The notes below the pieces were generated by a model. The model searched no databases. It saw only the letters and a program-made list of their open reading frames with translations, and was not told where the DNA came from. The position numbers were made by a program, and so were the translations under genes. A DNA stretch of 64,000 nucleotides from Elsinoe ampelina (Eukaryota): positions 1 to 64,000 of the forward strand of contig ML992530.1 of assembly GCA_010093995.1 (NCBI GenBank), in the 5' to 3' direction. Within the stretch, counting starts at the first letter, position 1; each line of letters starts with the position of its first letter. Shown here piece after piece: positions 61,062 to 64,000 of the stretch.

Positions 61062-63266
61062 CTACCCAAACACCTCCAGCTGAAAGAAATACTCCACCTC
61101 ACTCCCATCCTCCCTCCCCCTCAGCGTCATCTCATGACAAAGATCCGCCAACTGCGCCCCAATCACCGGCGCCCCACAGAAGAACACCCCGACCCTCCTT
61201 CTCCGCTTCTTATCCCTACTAAATAAATCCGACATCTCCTTATAATGCTCATCGAAAATCCTCGGAAAGTCCGGCCTCCCGAAATGCGTCGGCGCGATTA
61301 ACCCCGTGAGTGGCGACATAGGCTGGCTCTCGGTCCTATGCTGCTCGAGGAGCCATCGGAAGACATGCTGGCTGATGTCGGTGCGCTTCTTGGTGAGGTG
61401 GTTGTGGATGCGGACGTCGAGGTTGGGGGAGTGTGAGCCGGAGGAGATGTGGTTGAGGAGGTCGGAGAACCAGGAGAGGTAGTTCTTGTCGCGGACGATC
61501 CAGTGGAAATCGACGCGGCGGTACATGGCGAGGTCGATGTGGCGGTTGTTGGGCAGGTGGGAGACTTCGCGGACGAGGGAGGGGTGGTGGTCGGTCTGTG
61601 GCACTGAGAGGTTGTTGGGCTTCTCGGTGTCGGGAGAAGGTGAGTCTGCCACTTTGGAGGGTTGGCGGTCGGGGTCTGCGAGGGTGTCGGCGTCTTTCTC
61701 GGACTCTGTTGGGATGACGGAGCGGCTGCGTGATCGGGCCGGAACTATAGATGCAAGACTTCGACGACGATTGCGGCGAGCGAGACGCTCTTCGTTGGAC
61801 TCATTGGAAGACGTCGAGTCCCGGCGAGAGGTAACCCATCGATGGTCTTCACGGTGCTGCAGATCGTTCAAGATACCGGAGAATGGTGTTACACCAATGC
61901 CAGCACCAACAATGATGGTCTGGTCGAAATCGTAGAAGCGTTGCGCGGGAGCGCCGTACGGACCATCAATTCCGACGAATCTGAGGTCCTGGAGGTCACG
62001 GAGCTTGCCGGTCCAGTTGCCATCGGTCTTGATGTGCAGCTGCATTTCACGGCCGACGCAAGTCGAGATGGTGAACGGATGCCACTGAAAGAACGAAAGT
62101 TGTGGGACCTGGAGGAAAATATACTGTCCTGCCTCGTAATTCCAGATCTTCCTTTTGGGGATGGTGCATGTAATTTGTACGGTCTCGTCATCCAGGACCT
62201 CGAGCCGAGCAGGCACCCGCCAGAAGCCGCTGACAATTCTGGTAGTTCGTTCGATGATGATGAGGACCGTTGGGAACGCCAGAACGAATCCGAGCACGGG
62301 ATACTGCAACAGCGCCAGACCGCCATGTGCCATCAGCAGACCGATGAATGGAAACATTAGCAAGTGGCCAATTTGGAAAATCTCATACGACCACTTTCGG
62401 ACGTACGGCATGCTGAGTAGCGAGATTGTCCAGAGTATTCCGAGCGCCGTCAGACCGCTCCAACCTGGTAGTGATCGGATGTACGCGACATATGGGCGGG
62501 GAACAGCATCTGGCCCAAGCAAGGCACCCACAGCATCCTGTCGACGAGGCCGGCTGCCGAAGACGAACGTGCCGCTGAGATGGCCGATGGCGTGAAGTGT
62601 CGCAAGAGACAGGGCCGCCATCGAAATCTTGATGTGGAACGACTGACTTCGGTCCCAATTGATGAACCTCGAGATATAGTAGAAGCGGCGCATGAATGTC
62701 GAATACCATCTAGACATGCTCAGGAGCAGAAAGAACAGCGTCGGATACAATGCTCCAGCGCAAAACTTTGCTAGCGCCACACCCCAGCCGAAGGCTGCCT
62801 GGATGTCTGGATTGAGAGCGTACTTGAGGCATTGCCAGATTCCGAGACCAAGTTGTAGGCCGACCACCGTGATTAAGAAAATATACTCCGGGCCCTGGAC
62901 TTCCCAAGCAGCTCGAATTCTCCGCCCCCAGCCCACGTTGTCGAGATAGTGATCATTGTCGTCCTCATTCTTCTTCTCCTGTTGCAATGACGGTAGGTTC
63001 CATGACTTGACGATTTGTTTGAAGTCATTGACAAGGATCTTGTCCTTCTCTGAGCCCATCATTCCCCGTAAGAATTCATGTCGCTGTTCATCCTTCCTTG
63101 ATGGGTGATTGAATGAGAACTCCTCAGGGTTTGGCAGCAGCTCTTTGTAGACAACATCAAGCTTATGCTCCAATTCAGCATATGAGATGCATCCATCCTG
63201 GTCCTTATCTAGAGCCTTGACAAAATCGTCAATCTCCTTGTCGTTCAGAGGCTGGATCTCCGCCAT
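61062..63266 (-). CDS. noxC: EF-hand NADPH oxidase (fungal NoxC/Nox3, NOX5/RBOH-like)
   Basis: EF-hand LDKDQDGCISYAEL; ferric-reductase TM with FHIKIS..LHAIGH and GHLL..LMAHG heme ligands; QWHPFTIS, IDGPYGAP, GAGIGVTPF, HFGRPDF, GVFFCGAP, C-terminal EVFG. Confidence 0.93.
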   Translation of the reverse strand: MAEIQPLNDKEIDDFVKALDKDQDGCISYAELEHKLDVVYKELLPNPEEFSFNHPSRKDEQRHEFLRGMMGSEKDKILVNDFKQIVKSWNLPSLQQEKKNEDDNDHYLDNVGWGRRIRAAWEVQGPEYIFLITVVGLQLGLGIWQCLKYALNPDIQAAFGWGVALAKFCAGALYPTLFFLLLSMSRWYSTFMRRFYYISRFINWDRSQSFHIKISMAALSLATLHAIGHLSGTFVFGSRPRRQDAVGALLGPDAVPRPYVAYIRSLPGWSGLTALGILWTISLLSMPYVRKWSYEIFQIGHLLMFPFIGLLMAHGGLALLQYPVLGFVLAFPTVLIIIERTTRIVSGFWRVPARLEVLDDETVQITCTIPKRKIWNYEAGQYIFLQVPQLSFFQWHPFTISTCVGREMQLHIKTDGNWTGKLRDLQDLRFVGIDGPYGAPAQRFYDFDQTIIVGAGIGVTPFSGILNDLQHREDHRWVTSRRDSTSSNESNEERLARRNRRRSLASIVPARSRSRSVIPTESEKDADTLADPDRQPSKVADSPSPDTEKPNNLSVPQTDHHPSLVREVSHLPNNRHIDLAMYRRVDFHWIVRDKNYLSWFSDLLNHISSGSHSPNLDVRIHNHLTKKRTDISQHVFRWLLEQHRTESQPMSPLTGLIAPTHFGRPDFPRIFDEHYKEMSDLFSRDKKRRRRVGVFFCGAPVIGAQLADLCHEMTLRGREDGSEVEYFFQLEVFG

Positions 63267-63972
63267 GATCTGTGGTCAGTAAACAACAAAGGTGAAAGAA
63301 AAGTGAAGTCTCTAGTCTTGTTATATGAGACGGCACAGGACCAAGCGCTGAGAGTCTTGTCCTCTCACAGCCTGTGACAGCGAGCGACGTGCTCAGGCCG
63401 CGACGACACTGGTAGGATATATGCAGACCTACCGTGACATCACGCACGAGAAACTGTTCCGGACAAGCCACTGGTCCCTTGGAGAGTTTGAAAGGTCAAC
63501 CTTCAAGGAACCTTACCACGCTTTCCAGAGCGGTCCGTTGGCGATTAACATTGGCGAGGGCGGAAGACGATCGCGTTGAGACATGGCCGGAGGAGGCCAA
63601 GAGCTGGGCCAAGGAGTGTATTCCTACCAGTGACGTAGTCCGGCGGCAGGAAGCATATTAGAAAGGTCCATCCACACCTTGACGGCCTTGGCTGCACGTG
63701 TCATTTCGATCCAATCAGGAAACCTTGATCAGATTGCAGCCGTCCGCAACAATTTGAGCAGAAATTTGTTGTGGAAGATGGTGTAGAGAGGAAAATTAAC
63801 AAGTGAGCTGCAAGAATTGACGGGCAGGTGGTGGCGTGGACCTCGGCTAGAGAATGCGGCTCCGCTTTGTAGATCTGCTTTGCTTCGACCGAAGCATCCG
63901 CTGCTACCTCTGTCCACAAAAGCAGTAGATCATCCTTGAATGGCCTGTGATTGACTCGCCTTCAACAATGAG

Positions 63973-64000
63973 ATGAGAAGAGTGGTAGTGACTGGTCTTG
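63973..64000 (+). CDS. CEM1: Beta-ketoacyl-ACP synthase (mitochondrial type II FAS), 5' fragment cut by window edge
   Basis: ATG AGA AGA GTG GTA GTG ACT GGT CTT G = MRRVVVTGL(G), typical FabF/Cem1 N-terminus; only 9 codons visible. Confidence 0.65.

Noticed and set aside
1..64000. Transposons, Starship captain recombinase, CRISPR arrays, rRNA, PKS/NRPS cluster
   Set aside because: No transposase, RT, integrase or tyrosine-recombinase motifs, terminal repeats, spacer arrays or backbone synthases recognised; the only KS-like sequence is the CEM1 start at the edge

Overview
Gene-dense, intron-containing fungal genomic DNA (filamentous ascomycete, Dothideomycete-like by gene style; the taxon is an inference). 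I reconstructed about 30 protein-coding loci by hand from the ORF track plus GT/AG and CTRAC branch sites, and one intron-containing tRNA-Arg(CCG). Most are conserved housekeeping genes: GCS1 ArfGAP, ETF-beta, a 2xRRM protein, TAH18, a ZIP transporter, VMS1, NSRP1-like, a CE16 esterase, SNX41, GT90, SRP72, BOR1, PFS2, DGAT1-type MBOAT, MAPEG, PSY2, SLC35F, EF-hand NADPH oxidase NoxC and the start of CEM1. Two blocks look accessory. (1) About 24.3-33.2 kb holds two highly diverged tandem paralogs sharing a domain I cannot name (WCV...DD..L..Y...G...EF..F...WG..AV[ED]G plus two TM helices) and matching intron positions, one with an in-frame TGA, next to a lone UstYa/DUF3328 oxidase with no visible RiPP precursor. 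(2) About 52.7-60.9 kb holds orphan or decayed genes around the tRNA. A second diverged tandem pair of small membrane proteins lies at 39.9-41.3 kb, and sharp C-rich to G-rich switches recur across the window. No transposon, CRISPR array or rRNA was recognised. All calls rest on motif recognition; no database search was run.
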